From: an uncultured Oscillospiraceae bacterium
GTDB taxonomy: Bacteria > Bacillota > Clostridia > Oscillospirales > Ruminococcaceae
Reading direction: 5' to 3'
DNA: 64,000 nt
Assembly (NCBI GenBank): GCA_964368445.1
Contig: CAYJAY010000009.1
Location: forward strand, 4,032 to 68,031
Notes under the pieces: model-generated
What the model saw: only the letters and a program-made list of their open reading frames with translations
Databases searched by the model: none
Told to the model about the DNA's origin: nothing
Made by a program: the position numbers and the translations under genes
Shown: in pieces, positions 1 through 8,773 of the stretch
Numbering within the stretch: position 1 is the first letter of the stretch
Layout: every line of letters begins with the position of its first letter

Positions 1-440
1 ACATTCAGGTTGCGACCCAAATAATGAGGGCGGCGACGGTGGCTATGAATGACCCGATTAATAATGTGCCGTCAGGGGCTCAAGTAGAAATTACTTGGTA
101 TACAGCAACTACTCCGCCGGCTATGAATGGCTATGGATCAGATCCAGGAGCAATAGGGCTTGCGGAAGCTTCTGGAAATACTCACTTGCTGGGTAATAAT
201 GGCGAAACAGGTGGACAAGTACAACAGCGTTTTAGGTTTGCTATAATTTCGACTATGGGGCTTACTCATCCAAATCATACAAATCCAACTTTTGCAGGCA
301 ATGGTGGCTATGATAGTCTTGGGGTTGAAGGTCAATCAAATGTAGCCAATACGGTTGATTTTTCTTTTCAAATAAATTCAACAACAGGCGAAATAACGGA
401 TATTCCAACTGAATGGGTAGACCTTGGAATTAAAGGGTAG
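1..440 (+). CDS. Type IV pilin-like protein, 5'-truncated by the window edge; paralog of the next gene
   Basis: The reading frame is open from base 3. Residues IQVATQIMRAATVAMNDPINNVPSG align with LQIATSIMDATIVAISDPKNEVPSN of the downstream pilin. Confidence 0.5.
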   Translation, partial: IQVATQIMRAATVAMNDPINNVPSGAQVEITWYTATTPPAMNGYGSDPGAIGLAEASGNTHLLGNNGETGGQVQQRFRFAIISTMGLTHPNHTNPTFAGNGGYDSLGVEGQSNVANTVDFSFQINSTTGEITDIPTEWVDLGIKG

Positions 441-462
441 TTTTTACAAGAGAGGATTTAAT

Positions 463-1020
463 ATGCATTTTAAAAACAACAAAGGTTTTACTTTAGTAGA
501 ACTTATTATAGTTATAGCGATAATTGTTATATTGGCAACAGTTCTAGCCCCACAATACACAAGATATGTTGAAAGAAGCAGAGAGTCAAATGATCTTCAA
601 ATTGCAACTTCAATAATGGACGCAACGATTGTCGCGATTTCAGACCCGAAAAATGAAGTGCCTAGCAATGCTTTTATAAGAGTTGCTTGGTTAACGGCAA
701 ACGGAGGGCAAACCATTGAGGTTGGAGAAGCAAGTGATTCAGGAATAACAAGACTTGAACATTCTAACGGGTTATATTTATATGAACATCTTGAGAATGA
801 AATAAAAGCAATTATTTCACAGGGGGCATCTTTTGGCGCAGAGTCTGCCGTTGGAAAAAGTCAACACTTTGTGTTTGGGGTTGATGTAGACACCGGTAGA
901 ATTGAGGTTGCGGGAACTAACCCAACCCCCGACGCAAATGGTTGGAATGCCGGTAGCGGGCTGTGGGTTTCGGAAATCGGCGTTAATGCACCGCTTGGAT
1001 CTTTCCATTTTCATTATTAA
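463..1020 (+). CDS. Prepilin-type N-terminal cleavage/methylation domain protein (type IV pilin or pseudopilin)
   Basis: N-terminus MHFKNNKGFTLVELIIVIAIIVILA has the class III signal (G/F cleavage site, Glu at +5, hydrophobic helix). The ATG at 463 follows an agagagga RBS, so the upstream ORF-track start at 424 is unlikely. Confidence 0.8.
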   Translation: MHFKNNKGFTLVELIIVIAIIVILATVLAPQYTRYVERSRESNDLQIATSIMDATIVAISDPKNEVPSNAFIRVAWLTANGGQTIEVGEASDSGITRLEHSNGLYLYEHLENEIKAIISQGASFGAESAVGKSQHFVFGVDVDTGRIEVAGTNPTPDANGWNAGSGLWVSEIGVNAPLGSFHFHY

Positions 1021-1041
1021 GAAGACTGTTTAAACAAAATT

Positions 1042-1096
1042 AAAAAAGACAAAAACATTATGCTAAAAAGGCACAGTGTTTTTGTCTTTTTGTTTT
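1042..1096. terminator. Bidirectional rho-independent terminator between convergent genes
   Basis: A 10-bp stem gacaaaaaca (1048-1057) pairs with tgtttttgtc (1077-1086). It has an A-tract on the 5' side and a T-tract on the 3' side. Confidence 0.6.
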
Positions 1097-1103
1097 GCAA
1101 AGT

Positions 1104-1613
1104 TTAGCCACCCAAGCTCGACACGCTTAAAAATTTATTTAAAGCGTTAGACAACGGTTTATACAATAAAAGCACGCTGAAAAAATTTCCGACACAATGT
1201 GCAAAATCAAACGTTATGCCGGCTATGATATACGATATTCCGCCACCCGGCCCGCCCGTTATAAAATAGGGGATAGAGGTAAGCGTTCCGAACAAAATTC
1301 CGAATATTCCGGCTATGACAGCAAGCACAATCGGGTTGGTTGTTTTTAAAAGATAAACGATTAAAAACAAAATTGTCCAAACATACATATATGTAACCCA
1401 CCAAATCCCAAAACCATACACCAAACCTTGAAGTAAAACAAATGTGTAGATAATAAAAAGTGTTTTCTTTTTAAAAGCTCCTGTGTATATTATGACAAGC
1501 AGCGAAACAAGCTCGATGTTTGGTAGGGGAGCTAGCGCTATTTGGGCAACAAACATAATGGCGGCACAAAGGGCATAAAGCACCAAACTTCTGTAAGTTG
1601 AGGTAGTAGCCAT
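1104..1613 (-). CDS. Small polytopic membrane protein, ECF-transporter S-component-like (putative corrinoid uptake component)
   Basis: 169 aa and highly hydrophobic with several predicted TM helices. It lies 4 nt downstream of the DUF4430 gene, in the same riboswitch-controlled unit. Confidence 0.45.
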   Translation of the reverse strand: MATTSTYRSLVLYALCAAIMFVAQIALAPLPNIELVSLLVIIYTGAFKKKTLFIIYTFVLLQGLVYGFGIWWVTYMYVWTILFLIVYLLKTTNPIVLAVIAGIFGILFGTLTSIPYFITGGPGGGISYIIAGITFDFAHCVGNFFSVLLLYKPLSNALNKFLSVSSLGG

Positions 1614-1617
1614 TTGA

Positions 1618-2019
1618 CTAATATCCTATGATAAGGGAAATTTCAAAGTTGTCGCCGTCATAGATTGGGGTTGTGTCAACTCCGGTCTCAACATATTCGC
1701 CACGTTTTGTGAACGACCACCATTCTTGGTTTGCGTCGTCGACGGTATACCCGTCAACCGTTTTGACAAAAAGTCCAAAATCGCTTTCTTCCCCCGCTAT
1801 AATTCCCTCAGGTTCGAGAGCGTCACGCAGGAATTCGGCGTCCGTTTGAACGGTTAGTTGGTTTTGTGAACCGTCTTTAGCCGTAATAGTTATACCTATC
1901 TCTTTTGAGCCTGTTGCAGTTTCGGGTTGATAGGCATACCAAAGAGCGGCAAACAATCCGATTAAAAAAGCAAGTATACAGATAGATGTGATTAGAATTT
2001 TTTTGTTTTTTGTTGACAT
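1618..2019 (-). CDS. DUF4430 (transcobalamin-like C-terminal domain) protein with N-terminal membrane anchor or signal
   Basis: N-terminal TM helix followed by GLFVKTVDGYTVDDANQEWWSFTKRGEYVETGVDTTPIYDGDNFEI, which is typical of DUF4430. The cobalamin riboswitch lies directly upstream. Confidence 0.6.
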   Translation of the reverse strand: MSTKNKKILITSICILAFLIGLFAALWYAYQPETATGSKEIGITITAKDGSQNQLTVQTDAEFLRDALEPEGIIAGEESDFGLFVKTVDGYTVDDANQEWWSFTKRGEYVETGVDTTPIYDGDNFEISLIIGY

Positions 2020-2024
2020 AAAAA

Positions 2025-2285
2025 AGCCTCCATTTCATTTTTAAATGAATCGGAGGATACAAAAGAGCATAAAAAGCCCTTGCACCCACACCGATACCAC
2101 GCAGTGTCAGTAGCCACAATGTTCTTGAAGTCGGTTTTCTGGCTTGAACATCAAACGCTTTTGTTTCGCCTTCCCAAAATTAATCAGTGGCATACCTGAA
2201 ACAAAAACTCTGTTCTCACAGCGACGGGTTCGCACAGGATTTTAACCTGTTTCCCATGTTGCAAACTGCAACTCAACAAGAACCT
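2025..2285 (-). promoter_or_regulatory. Cobalamin (B12) riboswitch with an SD-sequestering expression platform
   Basis: The minus strand reads ATGGGAAACAGGTTAAAATCCTGTGCGAACCCGTCGCTGTGAGAAC...GCCACTG...TGGGAAGGCG...AGCCAGAAAACCGAC (B12-box-like). The closing pairing is ggttcttg/caagaac. Downstream, cctcc can pair with the ggagg RBS of the DUF4430 gene. Confidence 0.8.
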
Positions 2286-2341
2286 TAAACTATTAAACTG
2301 TAGTTAATATTATATAGTAAATATTTTTTAAGTCAATATCT

Positions 2342-3250
2342 TTATTCAATAATTTTGTTATAATTTATGTTATCTATCTCGTCAAATACAAAACCTTGAA
2401 GTTTAACTTGTTTTATAAATTCATCAAGTATTTCGGCGTTTGTTGAAGAAACGGTGTGAAGAAGATAGATGCCGCCGCCATGTGCAGACGACACAAGTTT
2501 TTGCAAACTTTCTTGTGGGTCGGGTTGGTTGTCGGTTTCCCAATCGAGATATGCAAAACTCCAAAAGATGCTTTTGTATCCAAGGCTTTGAACAAGGCTC
2601 AACGTTTGTTCGGAAAATTCTCCTTTGGGAAATCTAAAAAGAGTCATCTCATAGTTGAACTGTTCCAACACCATGTTGTGTAGGTTCATAACATCGTCGG
2701 TGGCGTCTTGTATCGAGATTTCGGGAAGAGTTAGGTGTCTTTCTGTGTGGTTAGCGAGAATATGTCCGTCGTCGATTATTCTTTGAACGATGAGCGGTTC
2801 GCGTTCGAGATAGTCACCCGTTATGAAAAATGTTCCCTTTATATTATTTTGATTTAAGATGTCGATGATCGTTTCGGTGTATCCGTTTTCATATCCTAAA
2901 TCAAACGTCAAATAGATTGTGTTAGATTCCGATGGATAGAGAAACACACCGCCCAAGTCGGAATACTGATTTTGTGCGTTAACCGCGTCGGTAGGCTGAT
3001 TTGAAGCGTTTCGGCTTTTGCCAAGTCCCCAACCTATCTTGTTGTCCGAAAGGTTGCTAATCGGTATATCCTGTTGAATAGAAGAGGCTTCCGACTCGTG
3101 GCTATATGGTTCGTTTACGGCCGAGTTTGTGCGGCTTTGTTGTTCGTTTGCTATTTCGGCAGGCGTTTTGTTTTCAACTGTCAACAATATAACCGCCACC
3201 ATCAACAGAAAAGCCGAGCAAGAAAGCACCAATGTTTTAAAAATATTCAT
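2342..3250 (-). CDS. Polysaccharide deacetylase family protein (PdaA/PdaB-like, sporulation cortex type)
   Basis: N-terminal TM segment followed by NodB-type motifs: IYLTFDLGYENGYT, KGTFFITGDY, GHILANHTERH. Confidence 0.75.
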   Translation of the reverse strand: MNIFKTLVLSCSAFLLMVAVILLTVENKTPAEIANEQQSRTNSAVNEPYSHESEASSIQQDIPISNLSDNKIGWGLGKSRNASNQPTDAVNAQNQYSDLGGVFLYPSESNTIYLTFDLGYENGYTETIIDILNQNNIKGTFFITGDYLEREPLIVQRIIDDGHILANHTERHLTLPEISIQDATDDVMNLHNMVLEQFNYEMTLFRFPKGEFSEQTLSLVQSLGYKSIFWSFAYLDWETDNQPDPQESLQKLVSSAHGGGIYLLHTVSSTNAEILDEFIKQVKLQGFVFDEIDNINYNKIIE

Positions 3251-3363
3251 ATTAATTTCCTTTTAAATAAAAAAATACCAGCATTGCGTATACAACACTA
3301 GTATTTGTAAAAATCTCGGATTTATTTAATAGGATGTTAAAAAAATTTAATTGTCTATACAGT

Positions 3364-3702
3364 TTAATTGTTTTCGTTAACGATAACAACAACCTTTGCC
3401 GGCATACAAACTGCGTTTTCAAATGGATTTCTGATGTATCCAAAACCCTCACAAAGATGGTCGGGACAAAGCGATTGTACAAACCGAACAGCCCCGCTAG
3501 AAACCTCAAGCGTTACATGATAGTCTGCCTCATAAGAATAGATGTTATCAATCGAAAGGTCGATGGTATCGATTATTTCACCATTATAATATACATCTGC
3601 TCTTGTGTTGCTTGAACTGTTAAGGTTGATAATCAAGGCGGCTAAAAGTGAAACAGCAAGCAAGCTTAAAACAATAATAATTTCAAATTTTCTTTTTTTC
3701 AT
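3364..3702 (-). CDS. NusG domain II-containing (DUF1312-like) membrane-anchored protein
   Basis: Starts MKKRKFEIIIVLSLLAV (TM helix) and contains the CPDHLCEGFGYI motif typical of this family. The start was moved to the internal ATG at 3702. Confidence 0.6.
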   Translation of the reverse strand: MKKRKFEIIIVLSLLAVSLLAALIINLNSSSNTRADVYYNGEIIDTIDLSIDNIYSYEADYHVTLEVSSGAVRFVQSLCPDHLCEGFGYIRNPFENAVCMPAKVVVIVNENN

Positions 3703-3789
3703 GGTGTTATTATAACACATTTTATGGTATTATAAAATAAAATAATTGAAAACAAAATAATAACAATAAGTATAGATTGGGAGGGGACT

Positions 3790-5181
3790 ATGCAACAGGA
3801 TTTAAAGGGATATATTAATAAACATCTCGAGGATATAAAACGCGATTGCAAAAAACTCATCGACATAAACAGCGTTAAAAGCGAAGCGAAAGACGGCGCA
3901 CCATATGGAGAGGGGATAAGAAAAGTTCAACTCGCGGCTATCGAGATATGCGAAAGGTTGGGATTTTCTGTTGTTGATTGCGAAGGGGTGTTGGCCTATG
4001 CGCACTATGGCAGGGAGGATAAGTTTATCGGAATGGCGTCCCATCTTGACGTTGTGCCGGCAGTGGATGGTTGGGACAGCGATCCCTTCCAGTGTACCGA
4101 AAGGGACGGTTATCTTGTTGGACGCGGGGCGTATGATAACAAGATTCCATTCGTTTTAACCGTTTATGCCGCGAAGTATTTCATAGACAACAAAATACCG
4201 TTAAAATATGGTATCAGGATATTTATGGGGACAGACGAAGAAAGCGGAATGACCGACCTTGAATATTATCTTAAACACTACAAAGCGCCGGTGTTTTCGT
4301 TTACGCCCGACCACAGATTTCCCGTTTGTCATGGTGAAAAAGGACGTTTTGAAACAAACTTGATTTCACAAAAAATCATCGATCGCGCAGTAGTTTCGCT
4401 TGAGGGTGGAAACGCGTCCAACGCTGTGTCTGATAGATGTAAAGCTGTGATTAAACCGGAGTTTTCCGAAAGATTGATAAAGACACTAACGGGGAACAGC
4501 AATGTTTCATATTCTTTGGAACAAGATTCAATAGTTATTACAACTGCTGGACAATCACAACACGCAAGTAAACCGCACAACGCTACAAACGCAAATCAAG
4601 TGATGACAAAACTTTTGCTTGAAAGCGATATATTAAATGGAGAAGAAAAAACAATAGTTGAGTTTATTAACGGATCTCTTGAATCGTTGGATGGAGAATT
4701 TTTTGATATAGTGTCGGACGACGGCATCTTTACTCCACTTACTATAATAGGCGGAAAGTTAAACATAATTAACGACAGCTATGTTTTAAATCTCGACAGC
4801 AGATATCCGACATCTATCGAACCAAAACAACTAGAGCAAAAGATATATCAAAAAGCTGTTCAAAATAAATTCACGATAGGCACAAGCGAAAATTCCCCGC
4901 CGTACTATATATCCACAGAAAATCCCGCGATAGAGGCTTTAATCGAAAGTTATAGAGAGGTTACGGGATACGAGGACACGCCGTATGTTATGGCGGGCGC
5001 AACATATGCAAGGGTTTTGCCCAACGCGGTGTCGTTCGGCATCAAGTTTGATAATAGAAAGAAAGAGCAATGGGCGGGGGAGGCACACATGAAAAACGAA
5101 GCGGTTCCCGTTTCGGACATGGTAGACGCCACCGAGATATTTATAAAATCCATCATAAAACTTCAACAGCTTGAATTTTAA
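3790..5181 (+). CDS. pepV: M20-family dipeptidase, PepV/Sapep-like
   Basis: 463 aa with the motifs HLDVVPAVDGWDSDPF and GRGAYDNK, and the length expected for PepV. Confidence 0.8.
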   Translation: MQQDLKGYINKHLEDIKRDCKKLIDINSVKSEAKDGAPYGEGIRKVQLAAIEICERLGFSVVDCEGVLAYAHYGREDKFIGMASHLDVVPAVDGWDSDPFQCTERDGYLVGRGAYDNKIPFVLTVYAAKYFIDNKIPLKYGIRIFMGTDEESGMTDLEYYLKHYKAPVFSFTPDHRFPVCHGEKGRFETNLISQKIIDRAVVSLEGGNASNAVSDRCKAVIKPEFSERLIKTLTGNSNVSYSLEQDSIVITTAGQSQHASKPHNATNANQVMTKLLLESDILNGEEKTIVEFINGSLESLDGEFFDIVSDDGIFTPLTIIGGKLNIINDSYVLNLDSRYPTSIEPKQLEQKIYQKAVQNKFTIGTSENSPPYYISTENPAIEALIESYREVTGYEDTPYVMAGATYARVLPNAVSFGIKFDNRKKEQWAGEAHMKNEAVPVSDMVDATEIFIKSIIKLQQLEF

Positions 5182-5185
5182 CAAC

Positions 5186-5232
5186 AAAACAAACCTGTGG
5201 TCGAGTTTAATCGTCACAGGTTTGTTTTGTTA
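5186..5232. terminator. Rho-independent terminator after pepV (bidirectional geometry)
   Basis: Stem aaaacaaacctgtg pairs with cacaggtttgtttt and is followed by a T-rich tract. Confidence 0.6.
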
Positions 5233-5264
5233 TCATTAAAAAAGTTTACCATTCAAAAGTTAAA

Positions 5265-5747
5265 TTATATCTTGATGTTTTTTGAACGTAAGATACAAAG
5301 CTTAACAATAGAAACTATACCGATATAGATAAAGAAAACCGACATCACAAAAGGCAATATGTTGTCTGACAGGGTGTTATTTAATATAAAGAAACTTTTG
5401 TTTAATATGTTGTATGAAACAAAAAACATAGTCAAGTTTATAAAACCTAAACTAAAAAATAGAACGGGACATAGGTCGATATACCGTGAAACAGTTTTGC
5501 TGTAACAATTCATATAGACAATTAAAGTGAAATAATACATCAGTGAAGCACATAATAAAACGCTAGACTGAATTAGTGGAGAAGCCCATATAAACTTCAT
5601 ATTTACAACAAAGTTAATCAGCACTAGAAACAGGGATAATATCAGTGTTTGAAAAGCTATCTTGGTACCTAGGGATATTTTTTTTGGTTTGAAAGCGCTT
5701 TTATCCAATTCGACACCTCCCGTTTGTTGAAAAAAATTATGAAACAT
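5265..5747 (-). CDS. Hypothetical polytopic membrane protein
   Basis: 160-aa ORF, strongly hydrophobic, with no recognisable family motif. Confidence 0.45.
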   Translation of the reverse strand: MFHNFFQQTGGVELDKSAFKPKKISLGTKIAFQTLILSLFLVLINFVVNMKFIWASPLIQSSVLLCASLMYYFTLIVYMNCYSKTVSRYIDLCPVLFFSLGFINLTMFFVSYNILNKSFFILNNTLSDNILPFVMSVFFIYIGIVSIVKLCILRSKNIKI

Positions 5748-5902
5748 ATACTGTTTTCATAAAATTATTTATTGATATTATATGAAATTATTTTGAAGTA
5801 AATGTATAATACTTGTGTTTGTTGTATGAATAAACTGTTAATAATATTCAGGAAAATTAATTGAATGTTTTTAAAAAATAATATTTAGTAATAATTTTAA
5901 TA

Positions 5903-5931
5903 TTGACTTTAATAATATTAAATGATACACT
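5903..5931 (+). promoter_or_regulatory. Candidate sigma-A promoter for the DUF2089-like operon
   Basis: TTGACT (5903-5908), 17-nt spacer, TACACT (5926-5931). It lies about 20 nt upstream of the aaaggagg RBS. Confidence 0.45.
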
Positions 5932-5953
5932 AAATATTATTAAAGGAGGTGAC

Positions 5954-6259
5954 GTGTTGGCTATCGAAACATTGCCTGAATGGATGAGGGAACTGGACGA
6001 ACAAGATTTGAATTTTATTAAAAAGTTTATTTTGTCCTCCGGTTCGTTAAAAGAAGTAGCGGACATTTATAAAGTGACCTATCCAACGGTTAGGCTAAGG
6101 CTTGATAAACTAATCGGTAAGATTAAGATTGTGGATGACACGGCGAACGAGCCGTATATATCGCTTATCAAGCGGCTTGCTGTGGACGACAGGTTGGATT
6201 TTGACACCGCAAAGATATTGATTAACGAATATAAACGAACGAAAGAGAAGGATAATTAG
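5954..6259 (+). CDS. DUF2089-like helix-turn-helix protein (no zinc ribbon visible)
   Basis: LDEQDLNFIKKFILSSGSLKEVADIYKVTYPTVRLRLDKLIGKI resembles the DUF2089 HTH half. The GTG at 5954 is preceded by aaaggaggtgac, and the ORF-track ATG at 5903 falls on the predicted -35 box. Confidence 0.55.
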   Translation: MLAIETLPEWMRELDEQDLNFIKKFILSSGSLKEVADIYKVTYPTVRLRLDKLIGKIKIVDDTANEPYISLIKRLAVDDRLDFDTAKILINEYKRTKEKDN

Positions 6260-6523
6260 ATGTCAAATTTAATAGTTCTATTGGTTTTTATAATTACAAT
6301 TCCGACGATGTTATTTATTATAGAGTTTTTGCTTTGTAAAAAACATTCAAAGTTTGCTGTGGTTTTGCCTGTAATCGTGGCTTGTTTTGCGGTGTTGTTT
6401 GGTTTTTTGGCGATTATGGTTAGCGCAATTATGTTTTTGATCTATTTTGTGTTTACATTTTCGGAAAAAGAAAAGATAAAAAAACTTTCCGAGATTGACA
6501 AGATGAACATAGAAGATCTATAA
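6260..6523 (+). CDS. Small membrane protein (2 TM)
   Basis: Its start abuts the stop of the upstream HTH gene. 87 aa and hydrophobic. Confidence 0.45.
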   Translation: MSNLIVLLVFIITIPTMLFIIEFLLCKKHSKFAVVLPVIVACFAVLFGFLAIMVSAIMFLIYFVFTFSEKEKIKKLSEIDKMNIEDL

Positions 6524-6525
6524 AA

Positions 6526-6840
6526 ATGGGAGAAGAGATGTATTTATTAAATGTTTTAAGCTTGGTTTTAGGTTTGTTGTCGTGGGCGCTACCCTTAATT
6601 GCGTATGTTAGAAATCTCGAAAAAAACCGAAGCTTGATGTTTTTGTTTATAAGCATGACAAGTTGTATAATTTCTTTAGTTTCACAGATGCTGTATCAAA
6701 GGTATCTTGCGATAGCGGAAGCGGCTTCTGCTATTTTTGATACAATGCCGTCTGTTGCTTTGGTTTCGGCTACGCTCGGTTTGGTTACGATAGCACTTAA
6801 CGGCGTGGTAATGTTTAATGTCATCAGTCAAAAGAAATAG
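6526..6840 (+). CDS. Small membrane protein (3 TM)
   Basis: Lies 2 nt after the previous stop. 104 aa and hydrophobic. Confidence 0.45.
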   Translation: MGEEMYLLNVLSLVLGLLSWALPLIAYVRNLEKNRSLMFLFISMTSCIISLVSQMLYQRYLAIAEAASAIFDTMPSVALVSATLGLVTIALNGVVMFNVISQKK

Positions 6841-7005
6841 ATAACAAATATAGCGAATATAAAAAATTCATTTTTTAATTGTTGTTTTTGTCTTTTTCAA
6901 GGGTTATAATTAAAGCCTACTGAATGACTAGTTGTTCGGTAGGTTTTAATTAATTTAGTATAAAAAAACCTTGGGTTTATTTTTAAAGAAAGATGGGTTT
7001 TTAAA

Positions 7006-8214
7006 ATGGAATCGCTAAAAGAATTATATCGAATTGGAATAGGGCCTTCGAGTTCACATACAATGGGTCCTAATAATGCGGCTAAACTGTTTCTTAAAAA
7101 TAATCCAACCGCAACGAGTTTTGAAGCGGTGCTTAAAGGATCTCTTGCCAAAACCGGAAAGGGACATTTAACGGACAAGGCGATTATTGACGGTTTTTCC
7201 CCGAAACCTTGTACAGTTGTCTTTTCGGACGACAAGACCGAATATTCCCACCCCAACACCCTTGAACTTAAAGCTTTTGACCGTGACAAAAACGAAATTA
7301 TGTTTTGGCGCGTGTTTAGCGTTGGGGGCGGAAAGATTGTTGTTGAGGGGGAACGCGTTCAAGACAAACCACAGGTATATCCGCACAGATATTTTGAAGA
7401 TATAAAAAAATATTGCGACGACAACGGAATTCGCCTTTTTGAATATGTAAGACAGTTTGAGGGTGAAGAGATATTTGTTTTTTTAAGCGAGATTTGGGAC
7501 ACCATGAAAAAATCCATTCGAGCCGGAATCAAATCTGGGGGAGAACTTCCGGGAGGACTTGAAGTTCAAAAGAAAGCAGGTATTCTGTTCAACCAACGGC
7601 ATATAGACGAAAGCCCCGAAATTAAAGAAAATCGGCTAGTGTGTTCATACGCTTTTGCGGTTAGTGAAGAGAACGCGTCGGGGGGAACTGTTGTAACAGC
7701 GCCTACTTGTGGGGCTTGCGGAGTTTTGCCGGCAGTTTTGTTCCATATGCAAAAAAAACGAGGGTTTTCCGACGAGGAGATTGTGCGGGCGCTTGCGACG
7801 GCGGGAATTGTAGGAAACGTCATTAAAACTAACGCTTCGATAAGCGGCGCGGAATGTGGTTGCCAAGCCGAGATTGGAAGCGCTTGTTCGATGGCGGCGG
7901 CGGGGCTTGCTGAACTTTTTGAGATGGATATCGACCAGATAGAATACGCCGCCGAAGTAGCAATGGAACATCATCTTGGTCTTACGTGCGATCCGATTAA
8001 CGGCCTTGTGCAGATACCGTGTATCGAACGAAATGCTGTTGCCGCGATGAGGGCGATAAACGCGTTGAGCCTTGCAAACTTTTTGACACATACTCGAAAG
8101 ATATCGTTTGACGTCGTAGTCAAAACTATGTACGAAACGGGCAGAGATCTTTTTAGCAAGTATCGAGAGACGTCGGAGGGCGGTTTGGCCAAGACGTATA
8201 TTGAAAACATATAA
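7006..8214 (+). CDS. sdaA: L-serine ammonia-lyase (iron-sulfur dependent L-serine dehydratase)
   Basis: N-terminus LKELYRIGIGPSSSHTMGP, then TAPTCGACGVLPAV and a Cys-containing alpha-domain region. Confidence 0.85.
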   Translation: MESLKELYRIGIGPSSSHTMGPNNAAKLFLKNNPTATSFEAVLKGSLAKTGKGHLTDKAIIDGFSPKPCTVVFSDDKTEYSHPNTLELKAFDRDKNEIMFWRVFSVGGGKIVVEGERVQDKPQVYPHRYFEDIKKYCDDNGIRLFEYVRQFEGEEIFVFLSEIWDTMKKSIRAGIKSGGELPGGLEVQKKAGILFNQRHIDESPEIKENRLVCSYAFAVSEENASGGTVVTAPTCGACGVLPAVLFHMQKKRGFSDEEIVRALATAGIVGNVIKTNASISGAECGCQAEIGSACSMAAAGLAELFEMDIDQIEYAAEVAMEHHLGLTCDPINGLVQIPCIERNAVAAMRAINALSLANFLTHTRKISFDVVVKTMYETGRDLFSKYRETSEGGLAKTYIENI

Positions 8215-8216
8215 AG

Positions 8217-8241
8217 AAACTCCGCCTTTCGGCGGAGTTTT
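8217..8241 (+). terminator. Rho-independent terminator after sdaA
   Basis: aaactccgcc-tttc-ggcggagttt hairpin followed by T residues. Confidence 0.6.
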
Positions 8242-8345
8242 GGCGTGTCAAAAAAGGTGCACACTAAAAATTATTGTTAAAAAGTATTGCACAAATAAAA
8301 AAGAGACCTGTAGGGACATGGCTTGCCATGTCCACTTTTTTTAAG

Positions 8346-8735
8346 TTAAACTGTTTTTATGTAAACCGTTCTGGTTCGAGGCCCGTCAAATTCACAAAAA
8401 TAAATCGATTGCCACGTTCCTAAAATTGGTTTGTTGTTCTCAACAATAACCGTTACCGACGACCCAACACAGCTGGCTTTAAGGTGTGCCGTAGAGTTAC
8501 CCTCGAAGTGTCTGAAGTTTTCGTTTTCGGGAAATGCTTTATCAAGCCCCAAAAGAATATCTTTAACAACATCAGGGTCGGCGTTTTCATTTATCGTAAT
8601 TCCCGCCGTAGTGTGTGGACAGAAGACAACACAAATTCCGTCGTTTACTCCGCTTTGAACAATCGATGCTCTGACAAGTTCTGTTATGTTGTGCAACTGT
8701 TGCGGTTCGGTTTTCAAACTGTATTTTTTAAGCAT
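8346..8735 (-). CDS. yjbQ: YjbQ/UPF0047 family protein (secondary thiamine-phosphate synthase family)
   Basis: Contains HTTAGITINENADPDV and HLKASCVGSS, which are signatures of this family. Confidence 0.85.
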   Translation of the reverse strand: MLKKYSLKTEPQQLHNITELVRASIVQSGVNDGICVVFCPHTTAGITINENADPDVVKDILLGLDKAFPENENFRHFEGNSTAHLKASCVGSSVTVIVENNKPILGTWQSIYFCEFDGPRTRTVYIKTV

Positions 8736-8773
8736 TATATTATTTCTCTTTTTCTAAAAACTATGGTTAAAAA

